64,000 nucleotides of DNA from Candidatus Altimarinota bacterium (GCA_965250085.1 OZ252287.1:96001-160000), one strand, 5' to 3'; numbered from the stretch's first letter, positions 31,502 through 41,088 are shown. Numbers and translations: made by a program. The notes: generated from the letters alone by a model not told the origin.

Positions 31502-33796
31502 ATGGAGCAAGCGTTTTCGGACATTCTTAGGAACATGAAATCATATAATGCTTTGCAGGATACAAAGCGTGTGAAAATGGCGTATACAACAGCCCTCAAA
31601 CATCATGGCTCACAAAAAAGAATTTCAGGAGAGCCCTATATGTTTCATCCACTTGCAGTCGCTTCACTTTTGACAGAGTTAAAAGCAGACGAAGACGCTA
31701 TTATCGCCGCACTTCTCCATGATTTACTTGAAGACACCTCTCTTTCTCTTTCCGAAATAGAGCATGAGTTTGGAAAAGATGTAGCACTTCTTGTAGACGG
31801 GGTGACCAAAATATCACGAGAAGAATATTCGACAGACGATCCTCAAAAATGGCGCCTCGCATCACTGAGAAAAATGTTTGAGATCATGGGACAGGATATC
31901 CGAGCGATTCTCATAAAAATTTGTGATCGTTTGCATAATATGAAAACTCTTTCTGCTCTTCCCAAAGAAAAACAACAAAGAATTGCCGAAGAAACCCTCC
32001 AAATATATGTTCCTCTTGCCAAAAAACTCAATCTAGAAAAACTCAGACAACAATTGATCACCGAATGCTATAAAACTCTTTTTCCCGATATTCATTCACA
32101 ACTGATCACTACACAAAAACAAAATGCTCGAAAAGCCAAGAATGCAAAAGGAAGAATAGAAAAGCTCCTTCAAAAACCAGAAGGAGATTTTGGCGATATA
32201 GAAGTTCGTATTTTCCCCAAGATATATTTTTTTTCATCTGAAGAAACAGAAGAACATGTAGCTGCTTTGGAAATAGCCAAGACACATATTATCCAAATTG
32301 TTCCCTCTCAAATAGATCAGTGTTACCAAACTCTATTTCTCCTTCATAAAAAATATACAGTTCAACCACATGCATTCAAGGATTACATTAGCAACCCAAA
32401 AGAAAATGGATATCAAGCCCTTCATACCAGACTCGTTGACACCAAAGGGAATGTACTGAGTATTCAAATTTTGACGAAAGAAATGGCCTCTCTTGCCTGG
32501 AAAGGGATTGCTGTCTACTGGAATGGAAAAAAAGATGCTCTCAGATACAAAAACATAAGAAAATTTCCTCTGCGCATTCGCTGGCTGGAAGAACTCACTA
32601 AGTTTTCTGAAGAACAAAAAGAGCATGATCTGGACGAAATGGAAGAATATCTTCATGCAGACTTTCTTAAAAAACCAATTTTTGTAATTGATACATATGG
32701 CAAAGCAATTGACCTCCCAGAAGGATCTACTGTACTTGATTTTCTCTATCGCCATTCTCCCGATCAAGCCGGGCGAACAAAAGAGGTATTTCTTAATAAA
32801 TTGCCAGTTGATCTGAGTCACACTCTCAAGGACGGAGACCGAATAGAATTTAAATATGATGATTTACTCAGGGCTGATGTCTCTTGGCTTAACTTTGTAC
32901 AGACCTATTCTGCACGAAAAAGTATTCAAGCAGATCTCGCCAAAACACCAAAACAAAAGAAGATCTCTATAGGAAAGACTCTCCTGCAAAATGAATTTGA
33001 TGCTGAGCATAAGGGAATGATCAGCACCTATCCACATAAAATGTGGAAGAGAGTATATGCATTTTTTCAAGTTGCTGATGGAGATGAACTTCTGGCACAT
33101 ATTGGATCTGGAAAAATACAAGCAAACAGGGTGTATGCGGAATTTTTTGAAAACAATGAAAAATCTACACACAGACATCAGAGATGTCGATATGTGATCG
33201 CCTTTGAATCATCAAAAAAGCTCACATCGTTTCTTTTCGAGAAAATACAAAAATATAAACTTACTTTGCACGAAATGCTTTTTCGCCATAGTAAAAATGG
33301 ATCACAGGCAATACTAGAAATAGAAGAGCCTTCTTCTGGAAAGATACAAAAATTTCTGCGAGAAATAAGGACACATGAAGCAGTAAAAAATATTCAAATG
33401 GTGACACCAGCATATAAAAAAATGTTTTTGAGTGTACTGTGGGCATCAGTAGCACTGCTTCTCGGAGTGTTTTTTCTCTTCATCAAAGAATTCGAAATTA
33501 TTCAATCGTCCACTACAGGATTTATGAAAAATATCATCACCTATGCTCCTTTTGTCATCTTGCTCATTGCCAATATGCTTAGTATTCGCACAATGCGTAA
33601 TTACTTAAGCTGGATGCGAAAAGACAGGACGTATGTGATCTTGGGGGTAGCTATAGATGTCGTGAGTATGACGGCTTTGATTCTTTTATTTCGATATCAC
33701 AACATCGAGTTCAGCATTCTTACGTTTTTGGGTTTGTTTTTGATTGGAATTTTTATAAATACCTATCAGTTCACAAGAGAAGAAAAATTTTCATAG
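31502..33796 (+). CDS. RelA/SpoT-family protein with an intact HD domain, degenerate synthetase, TGS domain and about 4 C-terminal TM helices
   Basis: HGSQKRISGEPYMFHP, AALLHDLLEDT, KICDRLHNMKTL, DYISNPKENGYQALHT and LPEGSTVLDF; hydrophobic C-terminus. Confidence 0.88.
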   Translation: MEQAFSDILRNMKSYNALQDTKRVKMAYTTALKHHGSQKRISGEPYMFHPLAVASLLTELKADEDAIIAALLHDLLEDTSLSLSEIEHEFGKDVALLVDGVTKISREEYSTDDPQKWRLASLRKMFEIMGQDIRAILIKICDRLHNMKTLSALPKEKQQRIAEETLQIYVPLAKKLNLEKLRQQLITECYKTLFPDIHSQLITTQKQNARKAKNAKGRIEKLLQKPEGDFGDIEVRIFPKIYFFSSEETEEHVAALEIAKTHIIQIVPSQIDQCYQTLFLLHKKYTVQPHAFKDYISNPKENGYQALHTRLVDTKGNVLSIQILTKEMASLAWKGIAVYWNGKKDALRYKNIRKFPLRIRWLEELTKFSEEQKEHDLDEMEEYLHADFLKKPIFVIDTYGKAIDLPEGSTVLDFLYRHSPDQAGRTKEVFLNKLPVDLSHTLKDGDRIEFKYDDLLRADVSWLNFVQTYSARKSIQADLAKTPKQKKISIGKTLLQNEFDAEHKGMISTYPHKMWKRVYAFFQVADGDELLAHIGSGKIQANRVYAEFFENNEKSTHRHQRCRYVIAFESSKKLTSFLFEKIQKYKLTLHEMLFRHSKNGSQAILEIEEPSSGKIQKFLREIRTHEAVKNIQMVTPAYKKMFLSVLWASVALLLGVFFLFIKEFEIIQSSTTGFMKNIITYAPFVILLIANMLSIRTMRNYLSWMRKDRTYVILGVAIDVVSMTALILLFRYHNIEFSILTFLGLFLIGIFINTYQFTREEKFS

Positions 33797-33856
33797 AGAA
33801 AATATATTTGTCCTCTCCCTCTTTTTTGCTAGCATACTCTGCGAAAAGACACATGG

Positions 33857-33931
33857 TGCCCGGTCGCCAAGTGGTAAGGCAGAGGGCTTTGAACCCTCTA
33901 TTCGCAGGTTCGATCCCTGCCCGGGCAGCCA
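33857..33931 (+). tRNA. tRNA-Gln(TTG)
   Basis: Acceptor TGCCCGG/CCGGGCA, anticodon arm GAGGG-CTTTGAA-CCCTC, T-loop GGTTCGATCC and encoded CCA. Confidence 0.96.
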
Positions 33932-33994
33932 AATATATAATTTATATTTGTCAAATAAACAACCTAAAAAGAACTACAAGATATAAAAAGTAAC

Positions 33995-34023
33995 TTGACA
34001 AGGAATATACGAAAAGATACCAT
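33995..34023 (+). promoter_or_regulatory. sigma70-type promoter pointing antisense into the NYN gene
   Basis: TTGACA-17 nt-TACCAT. Confidence 0.6.
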
Positions 34024-34029
34024 TGGGAA

Positions 34030-34084
34030 TAGATTCACCACAAAGAGCGTCCTTTAAGGTCCCGTCCTTACTGGGCTCTTTTTA
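34030..34084 (+). ncRNA. Candidate small antisense RNA of about 55 nt overlapping the NYN stop codon
   Basis: Promoter immediately upstream; hairpin AAAGAGC..TAAGG-loop-CCTTA..GCTCTTT ending in a T-run. Confidence 0.4.
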
Positions 34085-34568
34085 TGTAATCTAATTTTTT
34101 CCTCGAACCTTCAATGGCTGTGATCTTCCCCTCCGCGGCCTTTGGAATCAAGGACGAATACTTTTTCAATCCTGGAACAAGAACCATTTCTAATTTATCT
34201 TTTTTATTCAAATATCTTATAAGGCATGCGAAATCACCATCTCCACTCACGATTACTGCTTTGTCGTATTCATTAAAATCTATCATAGCCTGCAAAACCA
34301 TTTCTGCATCCGTGTTGCCCTTTCTTTTCCCGTTTTCATACTTCAGTGTTTCCTTATGTACTAGAACGAATTCAGCCTTTTGTAAAGATTGATACAAGGA
34401 TTGATATCCTTCCACAAAGCCCATGAAAATATAAGCTACCTGAACTCCATATTTCTCTCTCAAATATACTCGGAATTTTTTATAATCCAATTTCCATCCT
34501 TGGTTTTTAATCGAGTAATATAAATTACTCTGATCTATAAATGCATAATTTGTAAGTGGCTTTTGCAT
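34068..34568 (-). CDS. NYN domain (LabA/DUF88, PIN-like) putative ribonuclease
   Basis: NYAFIDQSNL, KGNTDAEMV and IVSGDGDFACL. Confidence 0.9.
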   Translation of the reverse strand: MQKPLTNYAFIDQSNLYYSIKNQGWKLDYKKFRVYLREKYGVQVAYIFMGFVEGYQSLYQSLQKAEFVLVHKETLKYENGKRKGNTDAEMVLQAMIDFNEYDKAVIVSGDGDFACLIRYLNKKDKLEMVLVPGLKKYSSLIPKAAEGKITAIEGSRKKLDYIKRAQ

Positions 34569-34577
34569 TGTTTATTT

Positions 34578-34721
34578 TTACACATGCTCATTCTGATCTT
34601 TATCTTGAGAGAATAAAAGATTAAAAAGAGGTGCATAGTTTTCTTCTGGCATTTCTTCATCCGTCATATAAATGACGCAGTGGTCTGTTTCCACTAAGAT
34701 GTCCTTTTTTGAGGTTTCCAT
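34578..34721 (-). CDS. Possible 47-aa small protein upstream of the NYN gene
   Basis: ATG-started ORF METSKKDILVETDHCVIYM... ending 9 nt before the NYN start. Confidence 0.3.
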   Translation of the reverse strand: METSKKDILVETDHCVIYMTDEEMPEENYAPLFNLLFSQDKDQNEHV

Positions 34722-34867
34722 AAAATGGCAAGGTTACCACTATTTTATTTTTTCTACGAAATCGATTCATAAACATTCAGCATCTGAATCCACTCGATTT
34801 GAAACAAATACAGTTGGGGAAACCAACGAAAAACTAATAACATCTCTCTTTGGTTTCTAGTTTATTC

Positions 34868-34899
34868 AATAGGCTGGAGTAATATTACTCCAGCCTATT
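34868..34899. repeat. Perfect loop-less 32-bp palindrome
   Basis: AATAGGCTGGAGTAATATTACTCCAGCCTATT is self-complementary. Confidence 0.85.
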
Positions 34900-35142
34900 C
34901 CTGTTACTTTTTATTAGCAGCTGCATCTTCTACTTCTCCATCGTCTGCCTTTCGGATCACAAATACTGTCCCCTTCATGAAAACCATAAGTCAACAATTC
35001 TCTTGGATCTTCATGAAAAATTTCTGGCAAAAATGAACGCATCCAATCGTCGAACATTTGTAACAATCGATCAGCGACATTTCCTATGTCGTAACGAGAA
35101 TGTTTATCCACAATGCTGTTATAATCGCTCTTAGAAAAGAGC

Positions 35143-36184
35143 CCCGCATTCTGTGGTGAAGTGCACCACTTGGGATAAAAAGATATTAGAGATTGTTATA
35201 GAAGTCAAAGACATGGGTGGGAGTTCTAAAGCCGAGAACTTTCATGGGAGTGTTGTTAAGAGTATCAACAAAGGATTGTAACTGGTTTTGAGAGAAATTC
35301 TTGAGGTCAGCTTTCTTAGGGACAAATTTTCTAAGTTTTCCAATGGCGTTTTCTACAGAGCCTTTTTGCCAAGAAGAGTAGGGGTCACAAAAATAAATAG
35401 GGATTCTTAAGTCTTTATATCTTGTGTTTTCTACACCGTTGTCCAAGGTAAGTGAGTATGCAGGGAGTTGGTGCAGAATGTCTCCAAATCCCTGCATGGA
35501 TTCTCTGAGCCGAGACACCTTCTTCACGAATATTTTACGAGAGAGTCGTTCTCTAACGATGACAAGAGTTTGTGGGGAAGCTTTCTTGGGTCTGCCCATG
35601 GTATCTCCTTCGTAGTGTCCAAATCTTTTCTTCTGGTTGATATGCTGAGGTCTTTGGGCAATAAACACTCTATCTTTGATGATTTCATGCTTTGATTTCT
35701 TCTTTCTCCGTTTACGCTTCCTATATCTCTTGCGATAAAGAAGAGGACATAGGTCTTGTCCGTGTGCACTGTAGAGATATGTATAGATGGCATCTTTCCC
35801 AATACGAACTCTCTTCTCCAAGTACAGTACTCCTGCAATCTTCTCTGGTGACCATTTTAACAACATCTTTTCTCGCATATACTTCTCTATCTCATCATCC
35901 TCACGTACCTTCATTCCTTGGTATTTACTAAATCTTCTTTTGTTCTGTGCTTTTTGATGAGCCTTACACGCATCGTATCCTCCTCTCTTCATCTTCCGCT
36001 TGAGCTCTCTGATGATTGTAGAGTGACTCCTGTTCATCGCTTTGGCTATCGATCTCATCGAATACCCTTTGGAGTGGAGTATTAAGAGTTCTTGTCTCTC
36101 GCTCTTACTGAAGTGTTCATAGTTGTTCATGCACCTAGAGTATTAAATTCTTCCGAGGTGGTGCACTTCAAACTCGAATTGAGG
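35143..36184 (-). mobile_element. IS30-family element (about 1042 bp)
   Basis: Imperfect IRs with core ATTC-N5-TGAAGTGCACCAC; 3-bp TSD AGC at 35140-35142 and 36185-36187. Confidence 0.85.
35186..36130 (-). CDS. IS30-family transposase
   Basis: N-terminal HTH SMRSIAKAMNRSHSTIIRELKR, WSPEKIAG, GHYEGDT, LTLDNGVE and PYSSWQKGSVEN. Confidence 0.95.
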   Translation of the reverse strand: MNNYEHFSKSERQELLILHSKGYSMRSIAKAMNRSHSTIIRELKRKMKRGGYDACKAHQKAQNKRRFSKYQGMKVREDDEIEKYMREKMLLKWSPEKIAGVLYLEKRVRIGKDAIYTYLYSAHGQDLCPLLYRKRYRKRKRRKKKSKHEIIKDRVFIAQRPQHINQKKRFGHYEGDTMGRPKKASPQTLVIVRERLSRKIFVKKVSRLRESMQGFGDILHQLPAYSLTLDNGVENTRYKDLRIPIYFCDPYSSWQKGSVENAIGKLRKFVPKKADLKNFSQNQLQSFVDTLNNTPMKVLGFRTPTHVFDFYNNL

Positions 36185-36690
36185 AGCGAAGCTTTTTCTA
36201 TCACCTCTTCTAATGCTGCTTCAGGAATTATAAACCGTTGACTTGCTAATGCGTGCATTGCTTTCACCTCTGTTAGACTATTTAGAAATCCGTCTTTTAT
36301 AAGATATATAAACTTTTTCTCCAGCAGTGCCTTTAGGGCAATCAAATCATTTGAAGATGGTGTCACCACTTCCTCAATAAATAGATTTGCCTGCCTTCTA
36401 AAATCTACATATATCATCTCAAGGGCTTCTGCGGTGATCCAAGGGAATTCTTTTTCCCAATTTTTTATTTCCCCTTGTATCTCATCGGGAAATGAAGAAG
36501 TCGCGACGCTGTGCTGAATTTGATTTACATCATTCATGATTATAAAAATAAAAGAATAAAAATATAAAACTTACTTTTTGGCCATTATCGTAATGACCTC
36601 TTGAGTAAAATATTTTTATCAACACAGATACATACTGGTGACCTGCTGGAGGAGAATAAAAAAAGGCAACATAAGTAAAAAATGATATAC

Positions 36691-36869
36691 AAAAAAACCC
36701 CACGGGCGATGAGAGGTTTTACAAAGATACGATTTATAAAGATTATAGCGTAGTGACTTCCCCTCGTCGCACGGTAGGCGAAGAACAACGATCTGTCATC
36801 ACGTCAGATGTTTTTACGTAGTCGGCAGAGGGAAGGTCTAAGAGCATCTAAGTAAATTTAAACTTTACG
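36691..36869 (-). ncRNA. Candidate structured ncRNA or leader of about 180 nt
   Basis: Minus-strand promoter TTGACT-17-TCTAAT at 36904-36876; long irregular hairpin with arms 36755-36765 and 36828-36838; terminator with T7 at 36691-36720. Confidence 0.5.
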
Positions 36870-36966
36870 AGAGTCATTAGATATTATTTTTATAATAAAG
36901 TCAAGGAAATACTGCATCCAACTCTTCCTTTTTTTTCTCATGAGTTTTTGAGAAAATACACTACGA

Positions 36967-38718
36967 ATGAAGAATAACTCATATATGTATCACTCCGGCA
37001 GCGCTTCACATGTCTCTCCCCTGTGGAAGAGAATGCTCCATTTGGTTTTTCGATTTGTATTTTCTAGGAAGGGAATCATTACCATTGTCGCTCTCTTGAT
37101 CTTCCTACCACTTATTTGGATGTACCTTATTTTGGGAGCATTTCGAACGCTATACTGGGATATGGCAAAATTGGGAGGGGTATTTCAGGAAAAGATATAT
37201 CTTCTCCTCTTGCAAAACGAAAATGAACTTCGTCCCACAGGAGGATTTCTCACAAGCTTTGCAGTCATAAAAGTCAAAAGAGGCATTCCTGATATTGCAT
37301 TTTACAACACAGAGCAAGTTGCTATTCCACAACCAGAGATCCAAGCTCCAAGTGCAATAGAAACTGCATTCTCCAAAGATCCCAAATATGCAGGATGGGT
37401 CTTTCGTGATTCTAACTTTTCACTTGATTTTGAAGAAAATGCGAAGAAGGCAGTAGAATTTCTGCAAATCGACCCCCTCTTTAAAGAAGAGCAATTTCAC
37501 GGTGTGATAGCAGTAGATATAAATTTTCTGGAGGATATTGTGAACCTTTTGGGGCCTTTTGAGTTTGAAGGGGAGAATCTGGCGGGGAGAGATCTCTTTG
37601 AAAATATTGAGTTTGTAGCAAAAAACTTTGATCACCATGATTTTAACCAGTGGCAGTCACGAAAGGAGAGCATTCTCCCTTTAGCGAAAGAAATAATACA
37701 ATCCCTCAAGTCTTCTCCAAAAAAATGGGAATCGTTTTTTTCAATTTCAAAAGAAAATGCAAATCAAAAACATCTTCTCTTTTTCTTTCCCGACACTGGG
37801 CTCCAGAAAAAAATGCAAGAAAAGGGATGGACTGGCAATATTCCTTCATCATTTTGGAGCGTTAATTTTGCAAATCTGGGGGGGAGAAAAGGAGACAGAT
37901 TTCTTCGAAAAAGGTTTGAAAGCTCCGTGCATATAGAAGCAGATGGAGACACAGAAGAACGTTTTTCAATATATCTTTCTCATGAAGGAACATATCATTT
38001 ACAGTCAGATTTGTATCAAGCATTTGTGCGTATCGTACGGCCTCAAGGATATGAACTTAAAAATGTAGAAGGAGATTTTGATATTCTGCCAGATCATAAT
38101 GAACAGAAATACGGGGAAGAATACTCTTTTTTTCTAAAGATCCTCCCAGGAGAGAAAAAGGTATTTACGTTTTTCTTCACACCTTCTGAAGAAAACCAAT
38201 TTTCATCTTCAGAGACTGTTTCTATCATGCTAGTCAAACAACCGGGCACACTTTCTCCTCATTGGGATTTTACATTGCGAGGAGAAAATGACCCTCGATT
38301 CTCAGCAGAAGGATGTACTACAGCATCTTCACGAGAAAATATATTCTTTTGTGATGTGACACTTAATACGGATACAAGGCTTCTTTTTAAGAAGCACCCA
38401 GATACAACACCTCCCCTCCTACAATTTGCAGAATTTGTTTCTGCGGATCGAATAGAAGCAAGATTTTCAGAAGATATTTTTTCAGACATTCCTTTTGAAA
38501 ACTTTGTACTGATTCGTGCTGATGGATCAGAGGAAAAGATTCCTATTACAGAGGTGCATATTGAAGGAGAAAGTGTTCTTCTCGATCTTGCGGACAATCC
38601 GCCCAGAAGTGAAGGAGAACGCTTTTTTCTGGAAATAAAGAATATCAGGGATATTTCAGAAAATATGTTTCAGGGGAAAGAGCCGGGAACTTTTTTCACG
38701 ACTCTTGTTCAACAATAG
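36967..38718 (+). CDS. DUF4012-like membrane-anchored protein with a C-terminal Ig-like domain
   Basis: N-terminal TM segment, LLLQNENELRPTGGF, FRDSNFSLDF, KQPG and DTTPP...ARFSE. Confidence 0.78.
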   Translation: MKNNSYMYHSGSASHVSPLWKRMLHLVFRFVFSRKGIITIVALLIFLPLIWMYLILGAFRTLYWDMAKLGGVFQEKIYLLLLQNENELRPTGGFLTSFAVIKVKRGIPDIAFYNTEQVAIPQPEIQAPSAIETAFSKDPKYAGWVFRDSNFSLDFEENAKKAVEFLQIDPLFKEEQFHGVIAVDINFLEDIVNLLGPFEFEGENLAGRDLFENIEFVAKNFDHHDFNQWQSRKESILPLAKEIIQSLKSSPKKWESFFSISKENANQKHLLFFFPDTGLQKKMQEKGWTGNIPSSFWSVNFANLGGRKGDRFLRKRFESSVHIEADGDTEERFSIYLSHEGTYHLQSDLYQAFVRIVRPQGYELKNVEGDFDILPDHNEQKYGEEYSFFLKILPGEKKVFTFFFTPSEENQFSSSETVSIMLVKQPGTLSPHWDFTLRGENDPRFSAEGCTTASSRENIFFCDVTLNTDTRLLFKKHPDTTPPLLQFAEFVSADRIEARFSEDIFSDIPFENFVLIRADGSEEKIPITEVHIEGESVLLDLADNPPRSEGERFFLEIKNIRDISENMFQGKEPGTFFTTLVQQ

Positions 38719-38844
38719 AAGTTTGTATCACAAATGAAAAAATTAGTTAGGATTTGCAAAAATTTGCACATTATATGAATTATGGAAGAAATATTGGCTC
38801 CCACATCTCATGATTCTTGATTCTTGATTCATTATTCACCCCAG

Positions 38845-40056
38845 ATGTCGCACAAAAACATCTTCCACATGAAAGTACCATCCTCTCATCGCAAACTTCT
38901 TATCACTCGATTCCCCCTTGAATCTGCTTGGGGAGGTGAAGAGGGGATTCACTTGAGAATGGCAGAAGTATTTCGAAAACACGATATTGAAACGGAACTT
39001 TTGAGCTCTTGCAAATATCTGACAGAAGCTTTTAATGAACAAAAATTTTATACAAAAAAAGAATTTCAAAAAGACATTACTTCAAAAGTGCAGCTTCTTT
39101 TGAGCATCATCATCGTCCCTTTCTTTTTTTTAAGAGGAATGATATGGCTTGGATATTTTCGATTATTTCGAAAAACCAAAACTGTTTTATTTCTTACCTT
39201 TATAGAAAAAATCACATGGACGCCGATTGCACAGTTTTTGGGAATGAAAGTTTTTTGGGGACATCATGCTCCCTTAGGATCCTGGTTCTTTTGTAACCCG
39301 TATTTGTTTTTTTGGAAGCTGTATAGTCGATTTGCGACCATTATTGTCACATCTGAAAGCATGAAAAGCAGCCTCACTCCCTATGTACAAAGAAAAAATA
39401 GTATTCAAGTAATTCCTAATATTTCTTTATTGAATAAAAAATTTGATCAAAAAAAGGAATCAAGAGATGATTTTTATACTCTTTTGTCTCAAAAAACAAA
39501 GAGAGATTTTTCAAAGAAAAACACCTTTTTTGTCGCCACTACCAGTAGACTTTCTCCAGAGAAGGGGATAGAAGACCTCGTTTTTGCAGCAGAGACGCTT
39601 CTTCAGAAAAATTCAGGCCTTGTTTTTCTTTCTGCAGGGACAGGATCTGAAGAAAAATCACTTCATCATCTGGTGCATCAAAAAAATCTCCAGAATTATT
39701 TTTTCTTTCTTGGCTTCTTGCAGCCAAAAGAACTTCCACTTTTTTTGCAGCACATAGGTCTTCTTGTGTGTCCATCTCACCAAGAACCATTCGGAATCAG
39801 TATTCTAGAGGCAATGAGTGCAAAAAAAGCAATTGTAGCATCTGAAGAAGGAGGAATCCCCGAGCTTCTGGGAGAAAAGAATATTGGTCTTTTTGAAACA
39901 AAAAATAGAGAAAGTCTAGTGCAAAAAATAAAATATTTTATTCAAAATTCTGAACAGCGAAAAACATGGGGTCGCAAAAATTATAAAAGATGGGAAAAGC
40001 ACTTTTCTTCTGAGAAATTCGAAGGTCTTCTATTGAGCACATTTTTTGATCAATAG
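38845..40056 (+). CDS. GT4-family glycosyltransferase (start uncertain)
   Basis: WGGEE, SRLSPEKG, EPFGISILEAM and GGIPE. Confidence 0.88.
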   Translation: MSHKNIFHMKVPSSHRKLLITRFPLESAWGGEEGIHLRMAEVFRKHDIETELLSSCKYLTEAFNEQKFYTKKEFQKDITSKVQLLLSIIIVPFFFLRGMIWLGYFRLFRKTKTVLFLTFIEKITWTPIAQFLGMKVFWGHHAPLGSWFFCNPYLFFWKLYSRFATIIVTSESMKSSLTPYVQRKNSIQVIPNISLLNKKFDQKKESRDDFYTLLSQKTKRDFSKKNTFFVATTSRLSPEKGIEDLVFAAETLLQKNSGLVFLSAGTGSEEKSLHHLVHQKNLQNYFFFLGFLQPKELPLFLQHIGLLVCPSHQEPFGISILEAMSAKKAIVASEEGGIPELLGEKNIGLFETKNRESLVQKIKYFIQNSEQRKTWGRKNYKRWEKHFSSEKFEGLLLSTFFDQ

Positions 40057-40070
40057 TTGTATACAAAAGT

Positions 40071-40370
40071 AATACAAAAAAAGGACTTTTGTTTTCTTGC
40101 AAGGCTATCTCTTTGACGAAACGAGAGAGAAAGAGGATATTTTGTCACAGTTCTTTTTACAAATTTCTGCGAGGTTTGATACCTCCTCCCTTCACCACTC
40201 TCTTCATTATTCAAGGGGGAAGCGCGTATTTTGGTTTTTCTGGAATCTTCCGGACCATGGACGCTCCCCACGTAGTTTCTCAGGGGGTATTGGTGATGAG
40301 GGAATGCTCGGCTTTCTTGCGGAATTTTTTCAAAAAATACAGGAGTTCTTCCTTACAGATTCTTGTATTT
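40071..40370 (-). ncRNA. RNase P RNA-like structured RNA (atypical; P4 not evident)
   Basis: GC-richer intergenic stretch of about 300 nt with P1-like and P2-like end pairing and the ordered motifs GAAAG-CCGAGC, CCAGAAA, GGUGAAGG, AGAGAUAG and ACAAAA. Confidence 0.45.
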
Positions 40371-40422
40371 TTTGATTGCCTATGAGAAACTTCCTCCTGC
40401 TCTTTTTTGTATATGCGCAGAC

Positions 40423-41085
40423 ATGGCACATCGATCAAAGTATTGGTATCTCCAGCAATTTAACCTTTTTGAAGGCATTACAGATGAGGATCTTATGCAG
40501 ATTCATGATGTTTCGATGGAACACTTTTATCGAAAAAAAGATCTTTTATTTGAGCCGGGGACCAAACTGGATACCGTGTATATTTTGAAAGAAGGGGAAG
40601 TCACTCTGTATCAAATGCACAAAGACAAAAGAGTTATTTTGGACATATTGAAACCAGGATCATTTTTTGGAAATATTTCTCTGAATCCAAATGAAGAAAC
40701 GACATACTACGCTGAAGCGACAGATAAAGTCCTTATTTGCGCATTTTCTACAGATTCTTTTTTGGCTATTATTCGTAGTTATCCAGAGATAGTGCTTCGG
40801 CTCTTACAGATGTTTACTGAAAAAATACGTGAATATGAAGATCGCATCACATCAGGAGCACTGTACAATGCAAAACTCAAGGTACTAGAAGCCATAAAAA
40901 CAATTCACAAAAAAGATAAGGGTAATTTTCTCCCACGTATTTTGCAGAAAAAAACAAAAATAACTCACGAGAAACTGGCTGCTATTACAGGACTGGCACG
41001 AGAAACAGTGACAAAAGCAATTGCGGAGCTTTCGGAAGAGGAAAAAATACTTGTTGAAGGGCGTAAAATCTCTATCACCTCTTAG
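40423..41085 (+). CDS. Crp/Fnr-family transcriptional regulator
   Basis: cNMP-binding fold (VYILKEGEV, LKPGSFFG) and HTH ITHEKLAAITGLARETVTKAI. Confidence 0.9.
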   Translation: MAHRSKYWYLQQFNLFEGITDEDLMQIHDVSMEHFYRKKDLLFEPGTKLDTVYILKEGEVTLYQMHKDKRVILDILKPGSFFGNISLNPNEETTYYAEATDKVLICAFSTDSFLAIIRSYPEIVLRLLQMFTEKIREYEDRITSGALYNAKLKVLEAIKTIHKKDKGNFLPRILQKKTKITHEKLAAITGLARETVTKAIAELSEEEKILVEGRKISITS

Positions 41086-41088
41086 GTT

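Larger units (their letters stand above)
34914..36537 (-). pseudogene. Hypothetical gene of about 192 aa interrupted by IS30
   Basis: Removing the IS and one 3-bp TSD gives the in-frame junction ...EKAS-LFSKSDYNSIVDKHSRY... Confidence 0.7.

Noticed and set aside
35104-35112. Perfect DnaA box TTATCCACA
   Set aside because: It is a single copy inside a coding remnant, far from dnaA, and expected by chance.
33857-36900. Integrative element at tRNA-Gln
   Set aside because: I found no integrase and no duplicated tRNA 3' end; it is treated only as a variable patch.
40089-40385. Short ORFs between the glycosyltransferase and the Crp gene
   Set aside because: They overlap in several frames and lack motifs; the region is better explained as structured RNA.
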